A DNA stretch of 64,000 bases from Deltaproteobacteria bacterium (GCA_018333535.1 JAGXTA010000071.1:99100-163099); one strand, 5' to 3'; positions 35,387-44,815 are shown, counted from the first letter of the stretch. Program-made: numbers and translations. The notes: a model not told the origin generated them from the sequence alone.

Positions 35387-36244
35387 TTAATTGACCGATG
35401 GATAATAAACGACCTTCCTTCTCTCTACTGGAAATCTTAAAGTGATTAATGTCCTTCCCTTTTGGCCATCTATTCCAAATTCCATCACCCCTTGATTTTT
35501 TTTGACCATTTCGTCAATGAGTCTTAACTCAAAATCAAGGGTTTCTTTCTTTTCTGGGGAAGGGTCTTTGATGATGGGTCCAAATTGTTCTATCGTTTTT
35601 CTATAACCATCAAAGAGGACCGATATTTCAATATATTTTCCTTCCGCGAAGGATGGAGCGCTGACCTCTCCATGCTGCTTCTGATGGATAAACAATCTGG
35701 TCATAAAGCCAACCCCTCCATTGACAGGGATCCATCTTATGGCATACTTAAGGGTAGAGTCTAAAATATATTTCAAATGTTCATCTGGAGTGATGGTTTC
35801 GGGAAGGTCTTCTTTAAAATTTTTAAACACTCGAATCTTCTTTTCAGACATTTGGGTTTGGTTGTTCTTTAGCACATTTTCGATGAGGGCGTGTACCGTA
35901 TTTATTTTTGTTTCCGTGGAATTGACCTTGAGGTAATTCAGAACAGAGCTCAGGAGCAGATCGACCTTCCCGATCTCCTCATTGAGAATATGATGAAAAT
36001 GATCATCGAAGGTCTTATCGTTAAATTTTCCTCGGGATATTTGCGTAAAATATTTGATGGATTCCAGTGAATGGTCAATGCGTTGAATCAATTCGATGAG
36101 AAGAGAGGATTTGAATGAACCATGCAGCTCATTTGCCATCATCAGTTTTTTAAATTCGAGTGAGCCAGGATCACCCTTATCGGATTGAGGAAAAATAGAA
36201 TGGAATAAATCATTCTGGGGATTAAAAATAGAATTATTTTTCAT
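35387..36244 (-). CDS. degenerate histidine-kinase-like protein (HisKA/HATPase-like, lacks N-box and G-box residues)
   Basis: 285 aa; clear paralog of the C-terminal half of 10419..11990 (KFND, FTQ, F.K.DLPETI...YAI..IP..G..GF.T, RTLITLRFPVERRKV). The phospho-His position appears to be Gln (LIQRIDHSL vs LVHRIKNPL). Confidence 0.6.
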   Translation of the reverse strand: MKNNSIFNPQNDLFHSIFPQSDKGDPGSLEFKKLMMANELHGSFKSSLLIELIQRIDHSLESIKYFTQISRGKFNDKTFDDHFHHILNEEIGKVDLLLSSVLNYLKVNSTETKINTVHALIENVLKNNQTQMSEKKIRVFKNFKEDLPETITPDEHLKYILDSTLKYAIRWIPVNGGVGFMTRLFIHQKQHGEVSAPSFAEGKYIEISVLFDGYRKTIEQFGPIIKDPSPEKKETLDFELRLIDEMVKKNQGVMEFGIDGQKGRTLITLRFPVERRKVVYYPSVN

Positions 36245-36811
36245 ATATTATTTGGTTCTTATCCACTAAGATAAAAGCAATTTTGATACCACATTTGAGG
36301 TGGGATCCCAACTATTGATAATCATTCTATTATCGATTTATTCTGAACACTTTAAGGGTCTTAATGGTGGAAAATATTTTCCAGTTTGTCCCGATAAATT
36401 ACCACTAAAAAGTGAAAATGTTTTCCTATCCCTCATCCAAAAAGGTCTGGATAGCGGATTGGGAAGCTTCACGGCCTCGGCCTGGAGGGGGGGATCGAGT
36501 TTATGAGAAATCTCAATCAGGATTGAGGAGGGGTTGGCCAAAAGAAGACCCCAGTCAGGGCCCGCAAAAGGTTCGCAAGGTTAAAGCTTAGTTAGAAAAT
36601 AAACGTCAAGGGTCAAAAGGTAAAGGCTAACCCGCCTTCCGGTAGGCAGGTTAGCCAGTTTTGTGAATGGGTTAGGTCATTGGTCTTAAAGATTTTACCT
36701 TACCACTTCACTTTGCCTAAACTGGCTTCCTAACCATAGCCTTAACCTGAAAAATTTTCATTGTTCGTGCCTGCCTGCTGTGGGCAGGCGTAACCTGACG
36801 GCCATGAAAAC

Positions 36812-39097
36812 TTACTTTAATTTCTCTAACACACTCTTCGCCTCTTCGGCTCCTGCAAACTTAGCGTCCAATTCAAGGGCTTTTTTCAGCTCCCTCTTTG
36901 CATTTTCGTTATCACCATTCTTAAGGTAAGCCATTCCAAGATGGTATCGCATGACAGGATTGTCCGTAATTTTTTCATTCGCCTCTTTCAAATAAGTAAT
37001 CGCACGGGTGAAAATATTCTTTTTGTAATAAACCCATCCGAGGGTATCCGAGATGTGGGGGTCATCCGGAAACTGTTCCTTTGCGCCTTGAGCTAAATTC
37101 AAGGCTTCATCAATATTCTCACCCTTCTCCGCATAGAGATAAGCTAGGTTATTGGCTGCAGGGGCGAATTTAGAATTAATTTTCAGGGCCTTCTGGTAGT
37201 ATTCCTTGGCCTTCTCATACTTCTTCTGAGTGTCATAGATAATGCCTAATCCCATGAGGGCAGAAAGAGAATCCGGCGCCTTCTGGAGAGCGGCACTGTA
37301 TCCCTCGATGGCCTTCTCTGTTAAATTCTGCCGGATATAAAAACTGGCAAGGGAGGTATGAAATCCTGCAACATTGGGATTGAGTTCGATCGCCTTTTTA
37401 TAATTCGTTTCTGCCTGGTCCGCCTCTTTATTTACCTCGTAAAGACGACCCAGCATATTGTAGAAAAAAGGATTTTGTGGAGAAGCCTTAATCTGTGCTT
37501 CCACCCTCTCCAATGCCTTTTTGCTCTCTTTCTGGTTCATGTAGACGACGGCAATGAGATTAAGCGCCTCTAAAAAATTTGGCTGGAGGGACAATGCCTT
37601 CTCAAATTGGGGTAATGCATCCTTCTCCCTCTTTTGCACCAAAAGGATTCGTCCTTTATGGAAATATCCGACTGGATTATTGGGCGCGATCTGAATGACT
37701 TCTTCAAAAGACTTGCTGGCTTTCGGGATATCCCTCTTCAGGAGATAGATGTTTCCAAGGATCAGATGGGCCTGGATCGATTTAGGGTCTCGTTTCAAAA
37801 TCTCCTGTGCTTCCTCAATGGCTAAATCTAAAGCCCCTGTCCTGAGATGGATATCTGCAAGCAGCAATCTCCCTTCAATCCAATTGGGGTTCAGTTTAAC
37901 CGCCTCGGCCAGCACCGTCTTTCCCTGCTGGATATCCCTGTTGCCGAGATGGGCAAGGCCGAGGAAGTGATGGGCCATAAAAGATTTTGGATTATCTTTG
38001 AGGTAAGACTGAAATAAATTAATGGCATCATTGAATTCAGTCTTGACCAGATAGAGGCGGCCCTTGAGGAATATTCCTTCATCGCTTTTGGGATTGATCT
38101 CAAGGATTTTCGCAACCATCTCAGAGGCCTTATCAAACTTACGATCATTAAGGTGGACTTCGGCCAGTTTAGCCCTTGCAGGAATATTTTTCGAATCCAC
38201 CTCGAGCGCCTTCTGGTAGGCCTCAATGGCCTTCTCTTTCTTCCCCCAGATTAAATAGAAGTCTCCCAGATGGATGTGAGAAAGGACCTTCTTGGGATCT
38301 ACTTCGATAGATTTGATGAATTGTTTTTCTGCATCCTCCATTTTCCTTAAAGAAACGTAGAAATTTCCCAAGGCAATGTAAGTATTTCGGTCTTTAGGTT
38401 CGATTTTAATCACCTCAATCAGTTCAGCCTCAGCCAACTCGGCTTTCCCTGTTCTCCGATAGAATTCAGCCAGTCCATATCGAGCCTTTGTCGATTTTTC
38501 ATCGACCTGGATGGCCTCTTTGAATGTCTGTTCTGCCTTAGCAAAATCCTTCTTCATAATATAAAGGTTGGCTAAATGGAGATGGGCTTCAATCTTCTTG
38601 GGATCTTGTTCGATCGCCTTCTTCGCCTCCTCAATGGCCTTGTCCAGATTCCTATCCACAGTATAGATGGAGCTCATGAGCAGACGGCCCGAGGCATTGT
38701 TTGGATCTTTTGCTAGGATCTTTTCGGCCTGTTCTTTTGCCTTCTGGGGGTCTCTTGACAGGAGAAAGAGATTTCCAAGCTGAAGTCTCGCTTCAATTAA
38801 ATCGGGGTTTAACTCAATACTTTTCGAAAACTCAGAAAAAGCCTCCCGAAACTCTCTCACTCCTAAGTGGGTGAGCCCGAGTTTGTAACGGGCCTCGGCA
38901 TTCTTGGGTTCGATCTGAAGAACATTCTTGTATTCGATCATGGCTTCTTTGAATTTGTTTTGCGCGAAATACTTCTCTCCCCTCTTCCAGTGCTTCTCCT
39001 TTTTTGCTTCCTTGCTGCAACCCGATAATCCGGACAGAATGAAGCAAAAAAGAATGATAAAAACAAAAACCGATCTCCTCTTATTTAAAAAGTCCAT
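36812..39097 (-). CDS. TPR-repeat lipoprotein (PEP-CTERM system PrsT-like)
   Basis: 761 aa; signal peptide and lipobox (ILSGLSGCSKE), then >15 TPR repeats throughout. Confidence 0.7.
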   Translation of the reverse strand: MDFLNKRRSVFVFIILFCFILSGLSGCSKEAKKEKHWKRGEKYFAQNKFKEAMIEYKNVLQIEPKNAEARYKLGLTHLGVREFREAFSEFSKSIELNPDLIEARLQLGNLFLLSRDPQKAKEQAEKILAKDPNNASGRLLMSSIYTVDRNLDKAIEEAKKAIEQDPKKIEAHLHLANLYIMKKDFAKAEQTFKEAIQVDEKSTKARYGLAEFYRRTGKAELAEAELIEVIKIEPKDRNTYIALGNFYVSLRKMEDAEKQFIKSIEVDPKKVLSHIHLGDFYLIWGKKEKAIEAYQKALEVDSKNIPARAKLAEVHLNDRKFDKASEMVAKILEINPKSDEGIFLKGRLYLVKTEFNDAINLFQSYLKDNPKSFMAHHFLGLAHLGNRDIQQGKTVLAEAVKLNPNWIEGRLLLADIHLRTGALDLAIEEAQEILKRDPKSIQAHLILGNIYLLKRDIPKASKSFEEVIQIAPNNPVGYFHKGRILLVQKREKDALPQFEKALSLQPNFLEALNLIAVVYMNQKESKKALERVEAQIKASPQNPFFYNMLGRLYEVNKEADQAETNYKKAIELNPNVAGFHTSLASFYIRQNLTEKAIEGYSAALQKAPDSLSALMGLGIIYDTQKKYEKAKEYYQKALKINSKFAPAANNLAYLYAEKGENIDEALNLAQGAKEQFPDDPHISDTLGWVYYKKNIFTRAITYLKEANEKITDNPVMRYHLGMAYLKNGDNENAKRELKKALELDAKFAGAEEAKSVLEKLK

Positions 39098-39233
39098 CAG
39101 CCTTCCCCCTTCATGGATTGTTTGAATTAACCAGATTCATTTCAATTCTATCATAATACCGTCTTAAACTCAATGCCCCCCGCCTTTCCCCTGGCCAACG
39201 GGTTTCCCTATTAAAACGTCTGAGGAAACGATC

Positions 39234-39425
39234 TTGATCCGTCCAGAAAAGGACCGGCCTATCCTCAAGGCAGCAATCCATTGCAGAGCAACTCATCTCC
39301 TCACAGGAGATGTTAAAGATTTTGGACCATTTACGAACCATCCTGATCTTACAGGGGGTGTTCTTATTCAGACGGTTTCAGAATTCTTGGATAGCTTTAT
39401 GAAACCAAGGAGCAAACCCCGTTAG
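39234..39425 (+). pseudogene. C-terminal fragment of a PIN-domain (VapC-like) gene
   Basis: Short ORF (TTG start) encoding ...ILKAAIHCRATHLLTGDVKDFGPF..., which resembles the last PIN acidic motif. No upstream PIN portion. Confidence 0.4.
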
Positions 39426-39828
39426 AAATTCTAGTCCCGCTTTAGCGGGACATTATTTCTAATATCCTCATTCTCCGTCGTCCCTCGTCAATCGTCTATC
39501 CTCTCTCCTCCCTCCTCTATCGTCCATCGTTCATTGTTTATTGTTCATAGTTTATAGTTCATCGTTCATAGTCTTTCCCCTACCGCCTCCTGTGTTTTCT
39601 TTGATCTATCGTCCCTCGCTCATCGTCTTTTGCTTTCTGTCTTCTGTCTTCTGCCTCCTACCTCTTGCCTTCTCCCTTCACCTTTTTATTGTTTATTGAT
39701 CACTGTTTGCTGATCACCGATTACTGATCACTCCTCTCAAATTGCAATATTGCAGGCCTGACCCCAAAATCGAAGTTCCAAAAGTATTTTCCTTGACTTT
39801 TGTAACTTATAAATTACAATATATTACG

Positions 39829-40302
39829 ATGAAAATTCTCATGGATGCAGATTGTTTGATCAAATTGACTAAGGCTGGACTAAAAGAATTTATCTGCCAG
39901 AATGAAAAAATAGTTATCCCCGGAATCGTTAAGAGAGAAGTTGTGGATGCGGGTAAGAGCAAGGGGCATCCAGATGCTCAATTAGTTGAGGAAAATATCC
40001 GACATGGGCTCATCACTGTAGTCAAAGAAGTTACATTGAATCATGTGAAAGGTGATCAGGCCCTTGTGGCCATGTTTAAGCGAGGGCGATATACAGCCGT
40101 GGCCACCGATGACGCAAAGTTAATCCGCATTCTCAGAGCAACTGAAATTCCATTTGTTCTCCCTGCTCTGCTTATTTATTCGATTTATTGCAGAGGGTTG
40201 ATCGGTCAAGCAAAGGGCCTGAATTGGTTGGATAAACTATCGCCCTTCATTAATGAAGAGGAATATAGTGTAACAAAACTTTTATTGGAGGAAAGGCCAT
40301 GA
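39829..40302 (+). CDS. PIN-like domain protein (DUF3368-like), putative toxin
   Basis: ORF track 39742..40302; the likely start is MKILMDADCLIKL at 39829. PIN-like acidic residues (MDAD..., ATDDAKL). Overlaps the downstream antitoxin-like gene by 4 nt. Confidence 0.6.
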   Translation: MKILMDADCLIKLTKAGLKEFICQNEKIVIPGIVKREVVDAGKSKGHPDAQLVEENIRHGLITVVKEVTLNHVKGDQALVAMFKRGRYTAVATDDAKLIRILRATEIPFVLPALLIYSIYCRGLIGQAKGLNWLDKLSPFINEEEYSVTKLLLEERP

Positions 40303-40583
40303 AAGTAAAATCTATCAGAATTCCCGAGGAAATCGATCAAGCTATAGATTATGTTGCGCGTTCTGAGAAACTTGAAAAGACAAGTTCCCTTCGCAAACTA
40401 ACAAGAATGGGCTTCGAAGTTTATGTGGCAAAGTTATATGAGAGGGGTAAACTGACCCTCCGTGAAGCAGCTAATCTCTTACATCTAAACCTGATGGAGA
40501 CCATAGATCTCTTGAGTGAAATGGGTGTCAAAGGTAATATCAAAGCAAAGGATGTTATGGAAAGTTTAAAGGCATTATCTTAA
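40299..40583 (+). CDS. UPF0175-family putative antitoxin
   Basis: 94 aa; ...EAANLLHLNLMETIDLLSEMGV... matches the UPF0175 pattern. This family is commonly paired with DUF3368 PIN proteins. Confidence 0.55.
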   Translation: MKVKSIRIPEEIDQAIDYVARSEKLEKTSSLRKLTRMGFEVYVAKLYERGKLTLREAANLLHLNLMETIDLLSEMGVKGNIKAKDVMESLKALS

Positions 40584-40589
40584 ATCAAG

Positions 40590-40860
40590 AAGCAAATTAT
40601 TTTAAAAAAGTCCATTAAAGTTGAAACGTCCAAGAACAGAATATTGGAATGGAAAGCCCTTGGGAAGAAAGTCTCATCAAATTGGGATGGCCTCTCAGCC
40701 GTCGAAGAAATCCGCCAGCAAAGGGAGAAGGTACGGTGAAAAGAATAACTCTCGACAGTTCTGTAATCGTATCGTCGCTCTTAGAAAAGGAGCTTCGTCA
40801 TCAGGAAGCTTTTGAAATTCAATTCTGCGGCAGGTTGTGAATCTACTCCCCAATGGAAAA
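40590..40860 (+). pseudogene. degenerate duplicate of the antitoxin + PIN-fragment unit found at 58325-58610
   Basis: ~270 bp with >85% identity to 58325-58600; overlapping short ORFs 40621..40815 and 40649..40840 are its broken reading frames. Confidence 0.6.
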
Positions 40861-41346
40861 CCCCTTTCGTCCCTCCTAAACTGATCACCGATTACTGATC
40901 ACTTCTCACTATTTTTCGTCTCGTCTCTCGTCTGTCGTCCCTCGTCAATCGTCTTTTCTATATTCCTGCCTTCCTGGCTTCCTTATTCAACTTTGGAGTG
41001 GAATCTATTGGGGAAAAAAGAGAAAACCACTTCTACTTTTTTAAGGTCTCTAATTTACCGAAATTTAATATCACGAATGAAAACGAATGGTTACTGAATA
41101 AATAGTATTTGGCATAGGACTTGCGTTATTACTAAGCTTAGTAAAATGCTTGCATCTCGAGGAGGATTAAAAAATGCGAAAAGTACTTTTTTTAAGTTTG
41201 TTGATGTTGGGGCTCGTCTTCGGGACAACACCGGCTAGGGCTGATATCTTGGTAGTAGACATTGGGCTTTCGGTTGGACAAAACCCAAAAACAATGTTAA
41301 TTTAATTCTGGTTCTTAAACCAAAGGAGTAATGTTGGTATTCAGAT

Positions 41347-41754
41347 ATGAAAGAGGTTTTGTTTAATAAACTTCAGAGGCTTAAGGAAGAAACGAAATAT
41401 CTGGTGGATAACAAGCCTAAATTATTCCGGAACTTGAAATCCTCTGTTGAGACGAAGAAGATTGTTGAGCGTTCGGTTTATCTTTGTGCTGAAATTGTTC
41501 TCGATATTGCGGATCTGATCATCATTAAAAAAGGATATCCGAAACCGACGACTTACAGCGATTCAATCTATAAACTCGGAGAATATAACCTGATTCAAAA
41601 GGAGTTTGCTCGAAAATTTGTGCATATCGCTGGCGTCAGAAATTTCCTGGCTCATGACTATCAGAAAAATACTGTTCCCGAGTTGGAAAAGTTCCTGAAG
41701 TATGGGCTTAACGATCTCAAGAAATTTATGAAAGCTGTTGAGGCGCTATTGTGA
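41347..41754 (+). CDS. HepT-family (DUF86) toxin of a HepT/MntA module
   Basis: 135 aa; Rx4HxY motif RNFLAHDY. Confidence 0.75.
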   Translation: MKEVLFNKLQRLKEETKYLVDNKPKLFRNLKSSVETKKIVERSVYLCAEIVLDIADLIIIKKGYPKPTTYSDSIYKLGEYNLIQKEFARKFVHIAGVRNFLAHDYQKNTVPELEKFLKYGLNDLKKFMKAVEALL

Positions 41755-42152
41755 AAAAAGAAAAAAAAGCTATCGTTGAGATACTTATCAAAAGATCCGA
41801 TGTTCTTTTTGCGTACCTTTTCGGATCGAAGGTAAAGGGCTATGCAAATAAGCGGAGCGACTGGGATATTGCTATCTATTTCAATTCATCGATAAAGCAG
41901 AATAGCCATTGGCCCGCATTTGAACTCGAGGCTGAATTATCGAGAGCCGTCAAAGCGACCGTACAGGTTACTGCTCTGAATTCAGAATTATCCCCCGTCT
42001 TCGGCTTTGAAATAATTAATGACAGGGTTTTGCTCATCGATAGAGACCCAAATTTCAGAATGGATTTCGAAAATAGAATATTAAGGCATTACCATGATTG
42101 GCAATATTTTCTAAATAGGCAAATCGTTGCAGAGAGACAAACGACAATTTAA
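41751..42152 (+). CDS. MntA-family minimal nucleotidyltransferase antitoxin
   Basis: 133 aa; LFGSKVKGYANKRSDWDIAI (GSx9-13DxD NTase motif). Start overlaps HepT stop. Confidence 0.75.
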   Translation: MKKEKKAIVEILIKRSDVLFAYLFGSKVKGYANKRSDWDIAIYFNSSIKQNSHWPAFELEAELSRAVKATVQVTALNSELSPVFGFEIINDRVLLIDRDPNFRMDFENRILRHYHDWQYFLNRQIVAERQTTI

Positions 42153-42265
42153 TAAGTGCTGCTGTGTTGCAGTCCTGCTGGGAAAAACCAAGTTAATAGG
42201 TTAACAAGGTAATGAGTTAATAAGTGCTGCGGTACTGATGTGCTGCAGTTAAAGTTAAAAAACAA

Positions 42266-42299
42266 AGGCCCATTGGCCGAAAGGCTGATGGGCTTTTTT
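42266..42299 (+). terminator. intrinsic terminator
   Basis: Hairpin gcccat-tggccgaaaggct-gatgggc followed by TTTTTT. Confidence 0.6.
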
Positions 42300-42347
42300 G
42301 TGGACAAAATCGAAAAACAATGGTATTCTTAAAAAAAATTAAAAGTT

Positions 42348-42770
42348 ATGAATGAACGTCGCTTTAATTTAGAACAGATCTGTAACCATTTTGGAGTGTT
42401 GGTTCTTTATGCCTTTGGCAGTCAGTCAAAGAGGGTAAAAGAATGGTTGGAGGGACATCAAAATAGACTGCCTTTAGATTCGGATGTAGATATTGGAGTC
42501 AGAATGATACCAGGCGCGAAATGGTCTATTGTGGCTAAGGTCTCTTTGGCCCTGGCATTGGAAGACCTTCTTGGTTGTAAAAGGGTTGACCTGGTATCAT
42601 TATTAGACGCAGATCCATTTCTGGCAGCGGAGATAATTCGAGGTGAGCGATTTTTTGCCTCTGATGAACTCGGGGCCGATGAGTATGAGTTATATGTTCT
42701 AAGAAGAGCCGGAGATCTTGCCCAGCTTGAACGAGAGCGGATGGCTCTGGTTTTGGGTGAAACAACATGA
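42348..42770 (+). CDS. MntA-family nucleotidyltransferase antitoxin (second module)
   Basis: 140 aa; LYAFGSQSKRVKEWLEGHQNRLPLDSDVDIGV. Confidence 0.7.
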   Translation: MNERRFNLEQICNHFGVLVLYAFGSQSKRVKEWLEGHQNRLPLDSDVDIGVRMIPGAKWSIVAKVSLALALEDLLGCKRVDLVSLLDADPFLAAEIIRGERFFASDELGADEYELYVLRRAGDLAQLERERMALVLGETT

Positions 42771-43225
42771 CACCTCAGGCTATTTCCAAAAGGATTGTTA
42801 CGGACCGTTTTGATATAGTTGATAATCTTCTACGAGATATTCGGGCTCTTCCATTGACCGACAAATCTGACTTTTTCTCAGACAGTCGAAACATTTGGGC
42901 GGCAGAGTCGTGTCTACGTCGTAGCCTCGAAGCCCTCTTTGATCTGGGCCGTCACATCTTAGCCAAAGGTTTTGGACTTGGAGTCACGGAATATAAAGAG
43001 ATAGCCCTCCGGCTTCACAGCCAAGGTATCCTGAATGATGAAGAATCAAAATTGATGCAGATTCTTGCGGGTTACCGAAATCGATTAGTCCATTTTTATC
43101 ATGAGGTATCCGCAGAAGAGCTATACGAGATCTGTGCAAATCGGTTGGGTGACCTGGAATTGATTCGAAACGGTCTAAGGGCTTGGTTAAGAGAACATCC
43201 TGATAAATTAGACTCTACGTTATAA
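42767..43225 (+). CDS. HepT-family toxin (second module)
   Basis: 152 aa; Rx4HxY motif RNRLVHFY. Start overlaps the upstream NTase stop. Confidence 0.7.
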   Translation: MTPQAISKRIVTDRFDIVDNLLRDIRALPLTDKSDFFSDSRNIWAAESCLRRSLEALFDLGRHILAKGFGLGVTEYKEIALRLHSQGILNDEESKLMQILAGYRNRLVHFYHEVSAEELYEICANRLGDLELIRNGLRAWLREHPDKLDSTL

Positions 43226-43330
43226 TATCGCAGTTAAAAAGTTTTGAATGAGGAGTGCTGAGTTTTGAGTTATTAGACTAAAGGGCTGCGGTTAGGAAAT
43301 TCAAGTTAATAGGTTAAAAAGTTAATGAGA

Positions 43331-43367
43331 AGAGCCCATTGGCTAAAAGCCTTTGGGCTCTTTTTTT
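43331..43367 (+). terminator. intrinsic terminator
   Basis: Hairpin agagccca-N16-tgggctct followed by TTTTTTT. Flank shares ~60 bp with the terminator region at 42180-42300. Confidence 0.6.
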
Positions 43368-43604
43368 AAACCCAACAAATTTATCCCACTTGCCCCGTAG
43401 CAATAACATACGGGGTGAAATGCGGCCTGCCCTGTGGCAGTATGGAGTATGAAAACTACTCCACGGGGAGCCTATTTCACTGGGACCCAAGCAACCCAAT
43501 ATGTAGAAAGACTGGTGGACTTTTTGTTATAGATGAAACGGAAAATTTTGGTATTGATATTTGGCATTTACCATTATATAATGGCAATTATTTGGAGGGT
43601 ATCC

Positions 43605-43829
43605 ATGGAAACGACATTAGATAAATTTGGCAGGATAGTGATCCCAAAAGAAATTCGTGATGAGCTTTGTTTAAAGCCCGGGGAAGCGTTGCAGGTTGAA
43701 AAATCTAGTGATAAGGTCATCTTAAAACTGCTGAGAGAAGAACCATCATTACATATGAAAGAGGGTGTGCTGGTGTTTACAGGCACTGTGACGGGTAATA
43801 TTAAAGATGCTGTCCGTATCTTGCCTTAA
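43605..43829 (+). CDS. AbrB/MazE-family antitoxin-like protein (orphan; no cognate PIN downstream)
   Basis: Likely start METTLDKFGRIVIPKEIRDEL at 43605 with a GGAGGG RBS; ~70% identical to the antitoxin at 53096..53359. Confidence 0.6.
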   Translation: METTLDKFGRIVIPKEIRDELCLKPGEALQVEKSSDKVILKLLREEPSLHMKEGVLVFTGTVTGNIKDAVRILP

Positions 43830-43867
43830 AACCCTCAAGCGACCTTATTCCTGTTTTCCTGGCTTCC

Positions 43868-44815
43868 TTATTCTCTAAACTGTCCGGTATCGACCCACTC
43901 TTTTTTTAAAACAGACCAGAAATCCTCTGCAAGTCCCTTCACCACATACTCATAAGGCAGCCAGCCATATCCCCCTTCCCCCCAATCCTTTCCCCAGGAA
44001 TTTCGTATGAGGAGAGCGCCGGTCGTTTCCACCTTCCCGTATTTATTTTTGATCTTCATCTTATCATCATACCCAACCGCAACCACCGCATGTCCGCCTT
44101 CGATCTTTTCCCTCGGAGACGGAAAAGGGATTTTACCGCCCTTCTCTGCCTGCTCGATGGAGTTATAGACGGTAAAACCGAACATGGCGGGATGGCCCTT
44201 GGAGAGATAGGTCTTTAGCCTGTTCAACACCTCTTCGGGTTTGATCCTTGGTGGATCATGCCTGAAATACTTGATCGTCTGGTAATTCTGCGCAAAGGCA
44301 TAGCAAAAAGCCGGAGGTTCCTGATCAAACCGCTTATCATCATCCGAATAAGGCCAGTGCTCTTCGGGAGGCACCCCGAATAGCACCATTGCGCCCATCG
44401 TGCTTCGAAGGTAGGCGCCGGTATCTCCCTTCATCTTCATCAGATTGCGCGTCACCTTATAAAGAAAAAGCCTCGAGGCATCGATATGCCTTCCAAAAGC
44501 CTTTCTCTCATAATACTCAATCACCCCTGCCCCTGCATGGGCGGTGCAGGAACCGATCCGTCCCTGGTCCTCGATGGGCGAGCACCATGGCCGGAGATCC
44601 GAAGATACCGGTGTACTCCTGGCCCTTAACGAGCTTTTGGGTCCGAAGATCAACCGAACCTCATCGGTCTGGTCCGTGTAATCCCTGAAATCCGGATAAT
44701 CCGGAATCCACCCCATCCCATGTCTCTTTTCGTTATGATCCATTGTCTGTCTCCTCCCTTCTAAAGATAGATGAGAACGCAATTGAATTTCCTGGCCTTC
44801 TTTTAAGAAATTCAA
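43868..44815 (-). CDS. papain-like cysteine peptidase (C1 family)
   Basis: 315 aa; QGRIGSCTAHAG (catalytic Cys region), GGHAVVAVGYD (His), IRNSWGKDWGEGGYGW (Asn/Trp papain signature). No obvious signal peptide. Confidence 0.75.
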   Translation of the reverse strand: MNFLKEGQEIQLRSHLSLEGRRQTMDHNEKRHGMGWIPDYPDFRDYTDQTDEVRLIFGPKSSLRARSTPVSSDLRPWCSPIEDQGRIGSCTAHAGAGVIEYYERKAFGRHIDASRLFLYKVTRNLMKMKGDTGAYLRSTMGAMVLFGVPPEEHWPYSDDDKRFDQEPPAFCYAFAQNYQTIKYFRHDPPRIKPEEVLNRLKTYLSKGHPAMFGFTVYNSIEQAEKGGKIPFPSPREKIEGGHAVVAVGYDDKMKIKNKYGKVETTGALLIRNSWGKDWGEGGYGWLPYEYVVKGLAEDFWSVLKKEWVDTGQFRE

